NCBI RefSeq assembly: GCF_963921235.1
Contig: NW_026948199.1
Coordinates: 62,001 to 126,000 of the forward strand
Direction of reading: 5' to 3'
Length of the DNA stretch: 64,000 bases
Source of the DNA: Mobula hypostoma
Taxonomy: Eukaryota
In this document: in pieces, positions 12,600-25,090 of the stretch
Numbering within the stretch: the first letter of the stretch is position 1
Layout: the number at the start of each line of letters is the position of its first letter
Notes under the pieces: generated by a model
What the model saw: the letters and a program-made list of their open reading frames with translations, nothing else
Databases searched by the model: none
What the model was told of the DNA's origin: nothing
Program-made: the position numbers and the translations under genes

Positions 12600-14420
12600 T
12601 CTGAAGCAGCCGAGGATGTAGAAATTATCACAGAAACTCTAACGGAATAAGAGGGCCTGAGACGAGTCGCATCAAGATGAAATTCACAACATGGCCATTT
12701 CAGAAGCTGATTGAAAACAAGGAACTACATAAATGCACAATGGTGGCTGCATTCCCAGTGTCCAGGTGGTCAAGTCTTGACAGTATTGATTCTGGTCAGT
12801 ACCACTGGATGATGACTGTCAATACAGGTCTACTTTTACCTTTCAGCGGCAGCAGTGCACATGGACTTAGCTTGTCCTAGGGATTCCACAACAGCCCCTT
12901 CATTCTCCTTTAGAGATGAGCCGAGAAGTTAAAAGGTTTTTCAAAGACAACCACTTAGCTGTTGGGAGATTTAACGGAGCTCTTAAAGAAGCTTAGTGTT
13001 AAGCTTTATCAGAAGGAATCTCAGCTAGGAAGGCCTGAAGTGGAATTGTTGGGAGTAATTGCTGTTCAGGGACAGAGGGCAATGGCAAAGAGGAGCTATA
13101 TAGAAAATACCCCTTCTAATAGGTGTCTCAATTTCCATGTTGTGTTTTAGGATTAGATATACTGTAGGAACCATATAGAAGGCTTTGCTGAGAATGGCTA
13201 AACCAAGACACGAGTTAACTGAGAAGGAGTTAACCCCAGGGATGGACAGTAGCTCAGACCCAGGTGGTGAATGAATTGACACTGGTAGGGCAGCAAGCAC
13301 AAACCTTGCAGGCAGTGCAACCAACAAAACTGTTTGGCCTCAAGGTAGCTGCTGCTCTGCAGGAAAAGCATGGAGAACCATGATCGGTAGCTCAGAACTA
13401 GAGATTGCTGATTGGGATCAAAAAGATGCAACCAGTTGTGTCAGAGGTACAGGAATCCCCACCACAGGTCATCTACAAAAGGGGATGTCTCAGTGAGGTG
13501 ACATCCCTCAGCAAGGACCCCCACCATTCAGGCCATGCCCTCTTCTCTGTACTGCTGTCAGAGAAGAGTACAAGAGCCCAAAACCTCACACCTCAAAAGT
13601 TTTACCGCAGCTTCTTCCCACTGCCATCAGAACTGACCTGAAAAACCAAAACACTACATATTGTGTCAAGAAACCTTCCTGTACACACCTAACAAACTCT
13701 ACCCCATCTAAACCCCTCACTCTAGGGAGATGCCAGTCAATATTTGGGAAACTAAAATTTCCCATCAATAACAAAATAAGAAAGATACTTATTGCCTAAA
13801 CAGGGTTCTGAAGATCAGCGTGAGTTGGAGACCAGTGACCCTGCAATTAAGAAACCAGGAAACTACAACCCCAGTTAGTTTGTCAGGATCACCCATTTTT
13901 ATCTGGTGGTTAACCATAAGATGGAAGCAGAACTGAAGGAGGGACTTGACAACACCTGAAAGAGAACAACCCGACATGCAAGGGAAGAGCAGGAAGAAAT
14001 TCTAACAGAAGGCAAGTCTGCAGTGATAATGAGGTGTTGATACTAATGCACAACATGCAAGGACATCAAGGAATAAAAATTACATCAGGAAAATTAAAGG
14101 AATTATTCTGGTAGAATAGTATAATAAGGTAGTTTCAAGCTGCTAATTGCTTGATATGTGCACAAAATAATCCTGGGTGACATACACGAAAGGCAGGAGC
14201 GACCTTGGACAAGCTTACAAATTGACCACATGGGACCCCCTCACTCCCACACATAATATATTTTGGTAGCAATTGACTGTTTTAATAAATGCATAGAAAC
14301 TTTTCCTTACATCATCAAACACAGCAGCTAATAAAGCAAGGATATGTATTCACTGGATGGGGTTTGCAGAAGTTAATGGAATCAGGGTTAACATTTCATA
14401 CCATGCAGCTGCTAGGCATC
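12600..14420 (+). pseudogene. Highly degenerate endogenous retrovirus pol (RT, tether/RNase H, integrase), interrupted by Rex and CR1 fragments at ~13450-13775
   Basis: Read across stops and frameshifts: WPFQK; CQYRSTFTFQRQQCTWT..GFHNSP; KESQLGRPEVELLGV; YCRNHIEGFAE.AKP; LQEKHG; QGHQG..NCLICAQNNP; PWTSLQIDHMGP..YILVAIDCFNKCIETFP..FTGWGL. Confidence 0.75.
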
Positions 14421-14424
14421 AAAT

Positions 14425-15050
14425 AGAATTCTTATCTATGTACCTGGCCAAGGGTCTTTTAAATTCTGTTATTGTACCCAACTCTACACCCTCCTCTAGC
14501 AGCCTCTGTGTGAAAAACGTGCCCCTTTTAAATCTTTCCCCTCTCACTTTAAACCTGTGCCCTCTAGAAAAAAAGATGGTGACCATCCATCTCTGCCCCT
14601 TGTCATTTTATAAACCTCTATCAGGTCACTCCTCAACCTCCTTCACTCGGGAGGAAAAACGGTCCTAGTCCATCCAGCCTCTCCTTATAACTCAAGCCCT
14701 CCAGACCTGGTTAACATCCTCATAAATCTTTACTGCACCCTTTCCAGCTTAATGACACCCTTCCTACAGCTGGACGATCAGACCTGACACACACACTGCT
14801 CAACAAGTGGACCAGTACAGTTACAACATTATCTCCCAACTCCTATGCTCATGAAGGCAAGATGCCAAAAGCCTTCTTCATTACTCTGCCTGCCTGTATC
14901 ACCACTTCCAGAAAACTATATACGTATATCCCTTAGGATCTCTCTGGTGCCCTGCTGTTTACTGCTCTGCTCTAACTGACCAAAGTACAACAATTCGCCT
15001 ATGTTCCAGTTAAATTGCATCTGGTATTCCATGGCCCACTTCCACAGATC
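14425..15050 (-). mobile_element. Old CR1 3' fragment
   Basis: Reverse-complement CR1 3' motifs (ctttcccctctcac..taaacctgtgccctctag, ataactcaagccctccag). Confidence 0.7.
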
Positions 15051-18000
15051 AATAAGGAGGGAAAAATCAGTATATGCTGAAAAATTCTGTAGAGCCTAGA
15101 CAGGAGGTCACATAAGCAGTGGGCACCCAGCCCAGACGGGTATTTGGTCAAGTACTAAAGACACGTGCTGACCAACTGGCCGGAGTATTCACTGAGATCC
15201 TAGACCTGTCGTTTCAGCGGTGTGAGGTACTCACACGTTTCAAGCAGGCTCCAGTTATATGGGTGCCTAAGATGGATGCAGCACTTACATTCACTGCGAT
15301 GGAGTGCTTCGAGAGGTCGGTGATGAAACCTACCAACTCCCACCTGAGAAGCAGCTCGGATCCTCTCCCATTTGCCTATCACCACAAGAGCTCAACAGCA
15401 GATGCCATTTTACTGGCTCTTCATTCATTCCTGGAACATCTGGACAGCAAAGGTGCACACATCGGGATGCTCTTCACTCGGCATTCAACATTATCATGTC
15501 CTCAAAACTCCAAGTCCTAGGCCTCAATATCTCCTTGTGCAACTGGATTCTTGATTTCATCACTTGCAAACCCCAGTCAGTTCGGACTAGCAACAACACC
15601 TCCTCCACAACCTCCCCCAGCACCGATGCATTACAAGCTGTGTGCTTAGCCACCTAGCTCTACTCACTTTATATTTATGGCTGCGCACAGCTTCAATGCC
15701 ATAGTTAACCTTGCTGACGACACCGATGTCATTGGCCGAATCAGCACAAAGGAGGGAGATTGAAAATCTGGCTGAGTGATGCCACAGTAACAATATCTCA
15801 CTCAATGTCAGCAAGACCAAGGAACTGATTATCGGCTTCATGAGGGGGAAACTGGAGGTTCATGAACTGGGAATCAGAGGTAGAGAGGGCCAGCAACTTT
15901 AAATTCCTCAGTGTTATAATTTTCAAAGGATTTGTCCTGGGTCCTGCAAGTAACTGCCATTACGTGAGGCAGCGGGAGTGTTTAAAAGCGAGAAGATTGT
16001 GAAGGTTGGTGATTTCTTCCGCAGTTGAACGGGGCACAACTGCACAAGCGCGTGTAAGTCGGACCGTGAGGCAGCGGGAGTGTTTAAAAGCAAGAAGATT
16101 AACAGAGCGGACGACATTGTAGCGGGTGATGGAGTAAAGGGAGACAGAGTAGGAAGGCTTTGGCTCGAGAGGTTTTAGCGAGCAGAGGCTGAGGATCAGC
16201 TTCGCTCCAAGTGAGGTAAGGCCGGGTAAGTTTCTTAAATTAATTTAATTACCTTAAGAGTAGGCAATGGAGGCAGCAGTTAGGGCAGTTGAGTGCTCTG
16301 CTTGCAGGATGTGAGAAGTCAGGGCGAGTACAATTGTCCCTGATGACTACACCTGCAAAAGGTGCATCCAGCTGCAGCTCCTGACAAACGGAGTTAGGGA
16401 ACTAGAGCTGGAGCTGGATGAATTTCAGATCATTCGTGAGGCAGAGGCAGAAATAGACAGGAGTTACAGGGAGATAGTCATCCCTAGGAGTCAGGAGACA
16501 GGTAACTGGGTGACTGTCAGGAGAGGGAAGGGGAATAGACAGAATGAGCAGAGCACCCCTGTGGCCGTTTCCACCAATAATAAGTGTATCATTTTGGATA
16601 CTGTTGATGGGAACGACCTACCAGGGACAAGTTGCAGTGGTTGCATCTCTGGCACCGAGACGGGACCCTCAGCTCAGAAGGGAAGGAGGGAAAAGAGGAG
16701 AGCAGTAGTGATAGGGGATTCCATAGTTAAGGGGGCAGATAAGAGGTTCTGTGGAAGAGATCAAGAATCCCGGATAGTCTGTTGCCTCCCTGGTGCCAAA
16801 GCCCGCAATATCTCGGATCGAGTTCTCAGTATTCTCAAGAGGGAGGGTAAGCAGCCGGATGTCATGGTCCATGTAGGGACCAATGACGTGGGTAGGAAGA
16901 GTGAGGGGTCCTGAAAGGTGAGTTTAGGGAGTTAGGTGCCAAGTTAAAGGACAGGACCTCCAGGATAGCAATCTCAGAATTGCTACCAGTGCCATGTGCA
17001 GGCGGGTTTAGAAATAGTAAGACAGCGCAAATCAACACGTGGCTGAAGACATGGTGCAGAAGGGGGGGCTTCAGATTTATAGATAATTGGGCAGTTTTCC
17101 AGGGGAGGTGGGACCTGTTCCGGCGGGACGGTTTACATCTGAACTGGAGGGGGACAAATATTCTTGCAGGTAGGTTTGCTAGAGAGGCTCCAGTGGATTT
17201 AAGCGAGATACAAGGGGGGAGGGGAACCAGAGTGTCGGAACAGATGTAGGGAAGAAGGAAGAAAAAGGAGATAGTGAAGTTGTTTGCACCGTTAGTGATA
17301 AACAGAGAGCAAGAGGTGGAAAATTTCTTAAATACATTTATTTTAATGCTAGGAGCATTGTAAGAAAGGTGGATGAGGTTCCAGGAGGGGTGTGATTGGC
17401 AACTAAATATTCCTGGATTTCATTGCTTCAGGTGTGATAGAATCGGAGGGACAAGAGGGGGAGGTGTTGCATTGCTTGTCAGAGAAAATATTACAGCGGT
17501 GCTCTGACAGGATAGATTAGAGGGCTTGTCTAGGGAGGCTATTTGGGAAAGGTGTTGTGACGCTTATAGGGGTGTATTATAGACCACCAAATGGGGAGCG
17601 AGAATTGGAGGAGCTAATCTGTATGGAGATAGCAGATATTTGTAGTAAGCACAAGGTTGTGATTGTGGGAGATCTTAATTTTCCACACATAGACTGGGAA
17701 GCCCATACTGTAAAAGGGCTAGATGGTTTGGAGTTTGTAAAATGTGTGCAGGATAGTTTTTTGAAGCAATACATAGAGGTACCAACTAGAGAAAGGGCAG
17801 TGTTGGATCTCCTGTTAGGGAATGAGATAGGTCAGGTGATGGAGGTTTGTGTTGGGGAGCACTTCGGGTCCAGTGATCACAATGCTATTAGTTTCAATAT
17901 AATTATGGAGAAGGATAGGTCTGGACCCAGAGTTGAGATTTTTGATTGGAGAAAGGTTAACTTTAAGGAGATGTGAAACAATTTAGAAGGAGTGGATTGG

Positions 18001-18272
18001 GACAATTTGTTTTATGGGAAGGATGTAATAGAGAAATGGAGGTCATTTAAAGGTGAAACTTTGAGGGTACCGAATCTTTGTGTTCCTGTTAGGTTGAAAG
18101 GAAAGGTTAAAAGTTTGAGAGAGCCATGGCTTTCAAGGGATATTGGAAACTTGGTTCCGAAAAAGAGAGATATCTACAATAAATATAGGCAGCATGGAGT
18201 AAATGAGGTGCTTGAGGAATATAAAGAATGTAAAAAGAATCTTAAGAAAGAAAAGCTAAAAGAAGATATGAG

Positions 18273-18651
18273 CAACATACATCAAAGTTGCTGGTGAACG
18301 CAGCAGGCCAAGCAGCATCTGTAGGAAGAGATGTAGTCGACGTTTCAGGCCGAGACCCTTCGTCAGGACTAACTGAAGGAAGAGTGAGTAAGGGATTTGA
18401 AAGTTGGAGGGGGAGGGGGAGATCCAAAATAATAGGAGAAGACAGGAGGGGGAGGGATAGAGCCGAGAGCTGGACAGGTGATAGGCAAAAGGGGATACGA
18501 GAGGATCATGGGACAGGAGGTCCGGGAAGAAAGACAGGGGGGGGGTGACCCAGAGGATGGGCAAGAGGTATATTCAGAGGGACAGAGGGAGAAAAAGGAG
18601 AGGGAGAAAAAGGAGAGTGAGAGAAAGAATGTGTGCATAAAAATGATAAAA
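18273..18651 (-). mobile_element. Penelope pLTR fragment nested in CR1 ORF2
   Basis: Reverse complement of the pLTR; AAGATATGAG duplicated at 18263-18272 and 18652-18661. Confidence 0.85.
18335..18375 (-). ncRNA. Minimal type-I hammerhead ribozyme motif (Penelope-associated), core intact
   Basis: Minus strand reads AGTC-CTGACGA-AGGGTCTCGGCCT-GAAAC-GTC-GACT: CUGANGA core, stem II, GAAA, palindromic ACGU stem III, GUC cleavage triplet and stem I AGTC/GACT. Confidence 0.75.
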
Positions 18652-18921
18652 AAGATATGAGGTTGCTTTGGCAAGTAAGGTGAAAATAAATCCAAAGGGT
18701 TTCTATAGTTATATTAATAACAAAAGGATAGTGAGGGATAAAATTGGTCCCTTAGAGAATCAGAGTGGACAGCTATGTGTGGAGCCAAAAGAGATGGGGG
18801 AGATTTTAAACAATTTCTTTTCTTCTGTATTCACTAAGGAGAAGGATATTGAATTGTGTAAGGTAAAGGAATCAGATAGGGAAGTTATGGAAACTATGAT
18901 GATTAAAGAAGAGCAAGAACT

Positions 18922-20109
18922 TGTCACAATGGGGGCGTTGGAAGCGGACCCAAATGCAAGACACAGACACTGAAGTACAAGGAACAGGACTTGACTAGAG
19001 TAAGGACGTGACAGGATACAGACAAGGAGCAGGGACAAGTACACAGACTAGGGCTTGGACCCTAAGCCAGAGACTGGACAAGGACCCAGAACCTGGGTCT
19101 TGCCTCGGGCTCGGGCCCCAGAACCAGGCATTGACATGACATAACTGCAGGACTGGAGGCTGGGGTCTAGAGGCTTGAGGCTTGGAGACAGGCTTGGGGT
19201 CTTGAGGTTTGAGCTTGGAGAAAGGCTTGGAGTCTTGAGGCTTGAGGCTTGGAGACAGGCTTGGGGTCTTGATCTTGAGGTTTGAGCTTGGAGACAGGCT
19301 GGGGGTCTTGGTCTAGAGTACTTCAAGGCTTGGGTATGGATTCCAAGCCAGAGACTGGGCAAGGACCCAGAACCTGGGACTTGACTTGGGCTTGGATTCC
19401 AGAACTAGGCAAGGACAAGACGAGGCTACAGGACTGGACATGGCTTGGGTGTGGAACTCCTGGGTAGGGCGAGACACAAGGACAGGCAAAGGCACATGGC
19501 CAGGACTCGGATAGGACTGGACTAGCACGGACTGGACGAGGGCCTTCAGGAGCACGGAGCCTTGGACTACAAGAGACAGGAGCATGGAACACAGAGCCAA
19601 GACCCCTCCTTGGGAACAGGATGTAGGGCCGGGACTCACACACATAACACAGAGCCGGGACCCCTCCTTGGGAACAGGACGTAGGGCCGGGACTCATACA
19701 CAGAACACTGAACATAAAGAGGCAGATCCCAACACTAGGTGGCAGCAAACGGCTGGACCTACCTAGCGAAGGCGTGGACACAGACAGACAATTCCACACA
19801 ACGAAAGACAGCTCCTTATCTTGACCTAACAAGGCTCCAGTCTTGCTCCAGCGGTAAGACTTCAGCGATACAGGCGGGGTATCCAGGCTAGGGGAGCAGG
19901 CAGAGAGCCAGGCGAAGGGGGAAAATAGAGGGAGGGGAACAGGACAGTCCAGCAGCAAATCTCTGGTTTGCAGAGGTATTTATGTCTCAGCCCCAAAATG
20001 AGAAACATGTGCCCACAACAGAACCTGGGAAAAAGCAGAAACCCCAGAACAAAGAACCATGGACCGGACCGTGAACCGGAACACGGACTTCATGGACCTG
20101 ACTATGACA
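18922..20109 (-). mobile_element. Solo LTR (~1.19 kb, Gypsy-type) with internal tandem sub-repeats, nested in the CR1
   Basis: TGTCA...TGACA termini; 5-bp TSD GAACT/GTACT (18917-18921, 20110-20114); TATA-like CATAAATA on the minus strand at ~19976-19983; no coding domains. Confidence 0.8.
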
Positions 20110-20261
20110 GTACTGGCGTTTTTAAGGAATATAAAAGTGGATAAGTCTCCGGGTCCTGACAGGATATTCCCCAGGACCTTGAGGGAAGTTAGTGTGGAAA
20201 TAGCAGGGGCTCTGACAGAAATATTTCAGATGTCATTAGAAATGGGGATGGTGCCAGAGGA

Positions 20262-20578
20262 GTCTAGTACGAGAGGGCATGACTTAAGGATTGAAGGGCG
20301 CCCATTCAGAACAGAAATGCGAAGAAATTTTTTTAGTCAGAGGGTGGTGAATCTATGGAAATTGTTGCCACAGGCGGCATGGAGGCCAAGTCATTGGGTG
20401 TATTTAAGGCAGAGATTGATAGGTATCTGAGTAGCCAGGGCATCAAAGGTTATGGTGAGAAGGCAGGGGAGTGGGACTAAATGGGAGAATGAATCAGCTC
20501 ATGATAAAATGGCGGAGCAGACTTGATGGGCCAAATGGGCGACTTCTGCTCCTTTGTCTTATGGTCTTATCTCTTATG
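20262..20578 (+). mobile_element. 3' end of a different CR1 subfamily, inserted into CR1 ORF2 with loss of host sequence
   Basis: TRGHDLR..FFSQRVVNLW and a (TCTTATGG)n tail; the host ORF2 jumps from VPE to GIYNY. Confidence 0.8.
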
Positions 20579-23113
20579 GAGGTGGTATATATAATTATCC
20601 GGATAGACAGGGTCTGATTAGGAACAGTCAACATGGATTTGTGCGTGGAAAGTCATGTTTAACAAATCTTATTGAATTTTTTGAAGAGGTTACTAGGAAA
20701 GTTGACGAGGGTAAAGCGGTGGATGTTGTCTATATGGACTTCAGTAAGGCCTTTGACAAGGTTCCACACGGAAGGTTAGTTAGGAAGGTTCAATCGTTAG
20801 GTATTAATATTGAAGTAGTAAAATGGATTCAGCAGTGGCTGGATGGGAGACGCCAGAGAGAAGTGTAGATAACTGTTTGTCAGGTTGGAGGCCGGTGACT
20901 AGTGGTGTGCCTCAGGGATCTGTACTGGGTCCAATGTTATTTGTCATATATTAATGATCTGGATGATGGGGTGGTAAATTAGATGAGTAAGCATGCAGAT
21001 GATACTAAGATAGGTGGAGTTGTGGAAAATGAAGTAGGCTTTCAAAGTTTGCAGAGATATTTAGGCCAGTTAGAAGAGTGGGCTGAAAGATGGCAGATGG
21101 AATTTAATGCTGATAAATGTGAGTACATTTTGGTAGGACTAATCAAAATAGGACATACATGGTAAATGGTAGGGCATTGAAGAATGCAGTAGAACAGAGG
21201 GATCTAGGAATAATGGTGCATAGTTCCCTGAAGGTGGAATCTCATGTGGATAGGGTGGTGAAGAAAGCTTTTGGTATGCTGGCCTTTATAAATCACAGCA
21301 TTGAGTATAGGAGTTGGGATGTAATGTTGAAATTGTACAAGGCAATGGTGAGGCCAAATTTGGAGTATTGTGTACAGTTCTGGTCACCGAATTATAGGAA
21401 AGATGTCAACAAAATAGAGAGAGTACAGAGAAGATTTACTAGAATGTTACCTGGGTTTCATCACCTATGTTACAGAGAAAGGTTGAACAAGTTGGGTCTT
21501 TATTCTTTGGAGCGTAGAAGGTTGGGGGGGAGACTTGATAGAGGTATTTAAAATTATGAGGGGGATAGAGTTGACGTGGATAGGCTTTTTCCATTTAGAG
21601 TCGGGGAGATTCAAACAAGAGGACATGAGTTGAGAGTTAAAGGTCAAAAGTTTAGGGGTAACATGAGGGGGAACTTCTTTACTCAGAAAGTGGTAGCTAT
21701 GTGGAATGAGCTTCCAGCAGAAGTGGTTGAGGCAGGTTCGATGTTGTCATTTTAAGTTAAATTGGACAGCTATATGGACAGGAAAGGAATGGAGGGTTAT
21801 GGGCTGAGTGCAAGTCGGTAGGACTAGGTGAGAGTAAACGTTCGGCACGGACTAGAAGGGCCGAGATGGCCTATTTCTGTGCTGTAATTGTTATATGGTT
21901 ACGAAGGAAGCATGGCAGTACCTCTACTTAGAAGATTGTGAAGGTTTGGCTCATCATATAAAACTTTGAAAAACTTTTATAGATGTGTGATGGAGAGTAT
22001 ATTGACTGATTGCATCATGGCCTGGTGTGGAAACACCAAACCTAATATGGACAAGCCTACAAAAAATGGTGGATATGGCCCAGCCCTTCACGGGTAAAGC
22101 ACTTTCACCGTTGAGCACACAATGCTATCACAGGAAAGCAGCATCCATCATCAAGAACTCCCACCATCCAGACCATGCTCTCTTCTCAGTGCTGTCATCA
22201 GGAAGAAGGTACAGGTGCCTCAACACCCATAGCACCAGGCTCGGGAACAGTTATTACCTCTCAACCATTGGGTTTTTTGAACCAGAAGGGTAACTTCACT
22301 AAAATATTCCCACAACTGATGGACTTACTTTCAAGGACTCTTCGTTTCACATTCTCAATATTTGCTATAATTATTATATTCCCTTTCTTTTTGTATTTGC
22401 AGTTTGTCAGGGTTTTTTTTGCATATTGGTTGCTGTCCATCCGGCTGGGTGCAAGTCTTTCATTGATTCTATTGTGTTTCTTGTATATACTGTATTGGCA
22501 ACAAGAAAATGAATCTCAGGGTTGTGTGACATACATGTATTTTCACAAATTTTATTTGAGCTTTGGATAGATTGCTCCTGGTCATGGAATAAATTTTAGG
22601 AGCCAGGTTTGTTTTAATGGCACTAAACGTGTTAGAAGTTTATGGGAACTGAACGGCACATGTGAAGGCAACCTATGGGGAATGCGGCTTATTTTAAAAA
22701 TCAATAGGCCCATAGGATATTCCAGTGTCGTGTCTAATGTGGAATTATGACATAACCAAACCCATCATTGGATATACTCTTAGTGATAAAATAAATGCCA
22801 CTCTCGCTGATGTGGGAAAGTGCAATACAGAAACTGAATATTGTGGAAGAAATGTAATAAATATTTTCCATTTAATAGAAGTCTGGTACATACAATGCAG
22901 GGAGAAAGGAGGAATAGGTATGGGAATGAGAATCTCAACTAATTCCATAAAGAAACTCTCTCCAACTCAGAAGTTGTAAAGGTGAGCATAAGTTAGGGAC
23001 ATTGTTAAACCAAGTTATGTGGCAAGGAACATGGAATTTGTGGGCAGAAGTGAATATAACAACATGACAACCATGTAGCTACAAAAGGGCAGAGCACCAA
23101 TACCAACCTTAAT

Positions 23114-25090
23114 TTATAGGAAGAAGTACAGTTGACGTTTCGGGCCGAGACCCTTTGTCAGGGCTAACTGAAAGAAGAGACAGTAAGAGATTTGAAAGTG
23201 GGAGGGGAAGGGGGAGATCCAAAATGATAGGAGAAGACAGGAGGGGGAGGGATGGAGCCAAGAGCTGGACAGGTGATTGGCAAAAGGGATATGAGAGGAT
23301 CATGGGATGGGCGAGAGGCCTAGGGAGAAAGAAAGTTGGAGTGGGGGAAGCCCAGAGGATGAGCAAGGAGTATAGTGAGAAGGACAGAGGGAGAAAAAGG
23401 AGAGAGAGAGAAAAATATAATAATAAAAGATAAATAATGGATGGGGTATGAAGGGGAGGTGGGGCATTAATGGAAGTTAGGGAAGTCAATGTTCATATCA
23501 TCACGTTGGAGGCTACCCAGATGGAATATAAACTTGAGGGCAGGGTGAAAGTTGGAGGCAAAGTTAATGAAGTCAACGAGCTCAGCATGTATGCAGGAAG
23601 CAATGGCAATGCAGTCGTCGATGTAGCGAAGGAAAAGTGGGGAACAGATACCAGTATGGGCTTCATTAAGTTTGCCTCCAACTTTCACCCTGCCCTCAAG
23701 TTTACCTGGTCCATTTCCAACACCTCCCTCCCCTTTCTTGACCTTTCTGTCTCTATCTCTGGAGACAGCTTATCTACTGATGTCTACTATAAGCCTATGG
23801 ACTCTCACAGCTACCTGGACTATTCCTCTTCTCACCGTCTCGCAAAAATGCCATCCCCTTCTCGCAATTCCTCTGTCTCTGCCGCATCTGCTCTCAGGAT
23901 GAGGCTTTTCATTCCAGGACGAAGGAGATGTCCGTTTTTAAAGAAAGGGGCTTCCCTTCCTCCACCATCAACTCTGCTCTCAAATGTATCTCTGCCATTT
24001 CATGCACATCTGCTCTCACTCCAACCTCCCGTCACCACACTAGGAATAGGGTTCCCCTTGTCCTCACCTACCACCCCAGCAGCCTCCGCGTCCAACATAT
24101 TATTCTCCGTAACTTCCGCCACCTCCAACGGGATCCCACCACTAAGCACATCTTTCCCTCCCCCCCCCCCCACCGGCTTTCAGCAGGGATCGCTCCCGAC
24201 GCAACTCCCTTGTCCATTCGTCCCCCCCATCCCTCCCCACTGATCTCCCTCCCGGCACTTATCCTTGTAAGCGGAACAAGTGCTACACATGCCTTTACAC
24301 TTCCTCCCTCACCACCATTCAGGGCCCCAGACAGTCCTTCCAGGTGAGGCGACACTTCACCTGTGAGTCGGCTGGGGTGATATACTGCGTCCGGTGCTCC
24401 CGATGTAGCCTTCAATATATTGGCGAGACCCGATGCAGGCCGGGAGACCGTTTCACTGAACACCTACGCTCTGTCCACCCGAGAATGCAGGATCTCCCAG
24501 TGACCACACATTTTAATTCCATGTCCCATTCCCATTCTGATATGTCTATCCACGGCCTCCTCTACTGTCAAGATGAAGCCACACTCAGGTTGGAGGAACA
24601 ACACCTTATATTCCGTCTGGATAGCCTCCAACCTGATGGCATGAACATCGACTTCTCTAACTTCCGTTAATGCCCCACCTCCCCCTCGTACCCCATCCGT
24701 TATTTATCTTTTATTATTATTTTTTTCTCTCTCTCTCCTTTTTCTCCCTCTGTCCTTCTCACTATACTCCTTGCCCATCCTTCCCCTTTCTTTCTCCCTA
24801 GGCCTCCCGTCCATCCCATGATCCTCTCATATCCCTTTTGCCATTCAACTTTCCAGCTCTTAGCACCATCCCTCCCCCTCCTGTCGTCTCCTATCATTTC
24901 AGATCTCCCCCTCCCCCTCCCACTTTCAAATCTCTTACTATCTCTTCTTTCAGTTAGTCCTGACGAAGAGTCTCGGCCTGAAACGTCGACTGTACCTCTT
25001 CCTATAGACGCTGCCTGGCCTGCTGCTTTCACCAGCAATTTTTATGTGTGTTGCTTGAAATTCCAGCATCTGCAGATTTCCTCGTGTTTG
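23114..25090 (+). mobile_element. Penelope-like element (RT C-terminus, GIY-YIG endonuclease, pLTR) with an inverted 5' segment
   Basis: FLRYIDD on the inverted piece, NFHPALKFT, FLDL, and GIY-YIG GVIYCVRC..C..QYIGET..RFTEH (24344-24670); 23114-23660 is inverted; 11-bp TSD CCAACCTTAAT at 23103-23113 and 25091-25101. Confidence 0.93.
24952..24992 (+). ncRNA. Hammerhead ribozyme motif in the Penelope pLTR (one stem II mismatch)
   Basis: AGTC-CTGACGA-AGAGTCTCGGCCT-GAAAC-GTC-GACTG. Confidence 0.65.

Larger units (their letters stand above)
15965..21898 (+). mobile_element. Full-length CR1 LINE (5' UTR, ORF1 zinc finger plus SGNH esterase, ORF2 APE-RT), degraded, with three nested insertions
   Basis: ORF1 from ATG 16267 (CSAC..CKRC, VVIGDSIV, VHVGTND, DGLHLN); ORF2 YYRPPN, SSDHN, YMDFSKAFDKVPH, HADDTK; tail (TTATATGG); TTACG duplicated at 15960-15964 and 21899-21903. 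Confidence 0.93.
15100..22560 (+). mobile_element. Rex1/Babar LINE RT fragment (15100-15963 and 21904-22560) split by a CR1 insertion
   Basis: ADQLAGVFTEI, MECFER, STADAI..ALH and SLCNWILDF; the sequence resumes after the CR1 (ACGAAGGAAGC..) and ends in the Rex tail. Confidence 0.8.
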
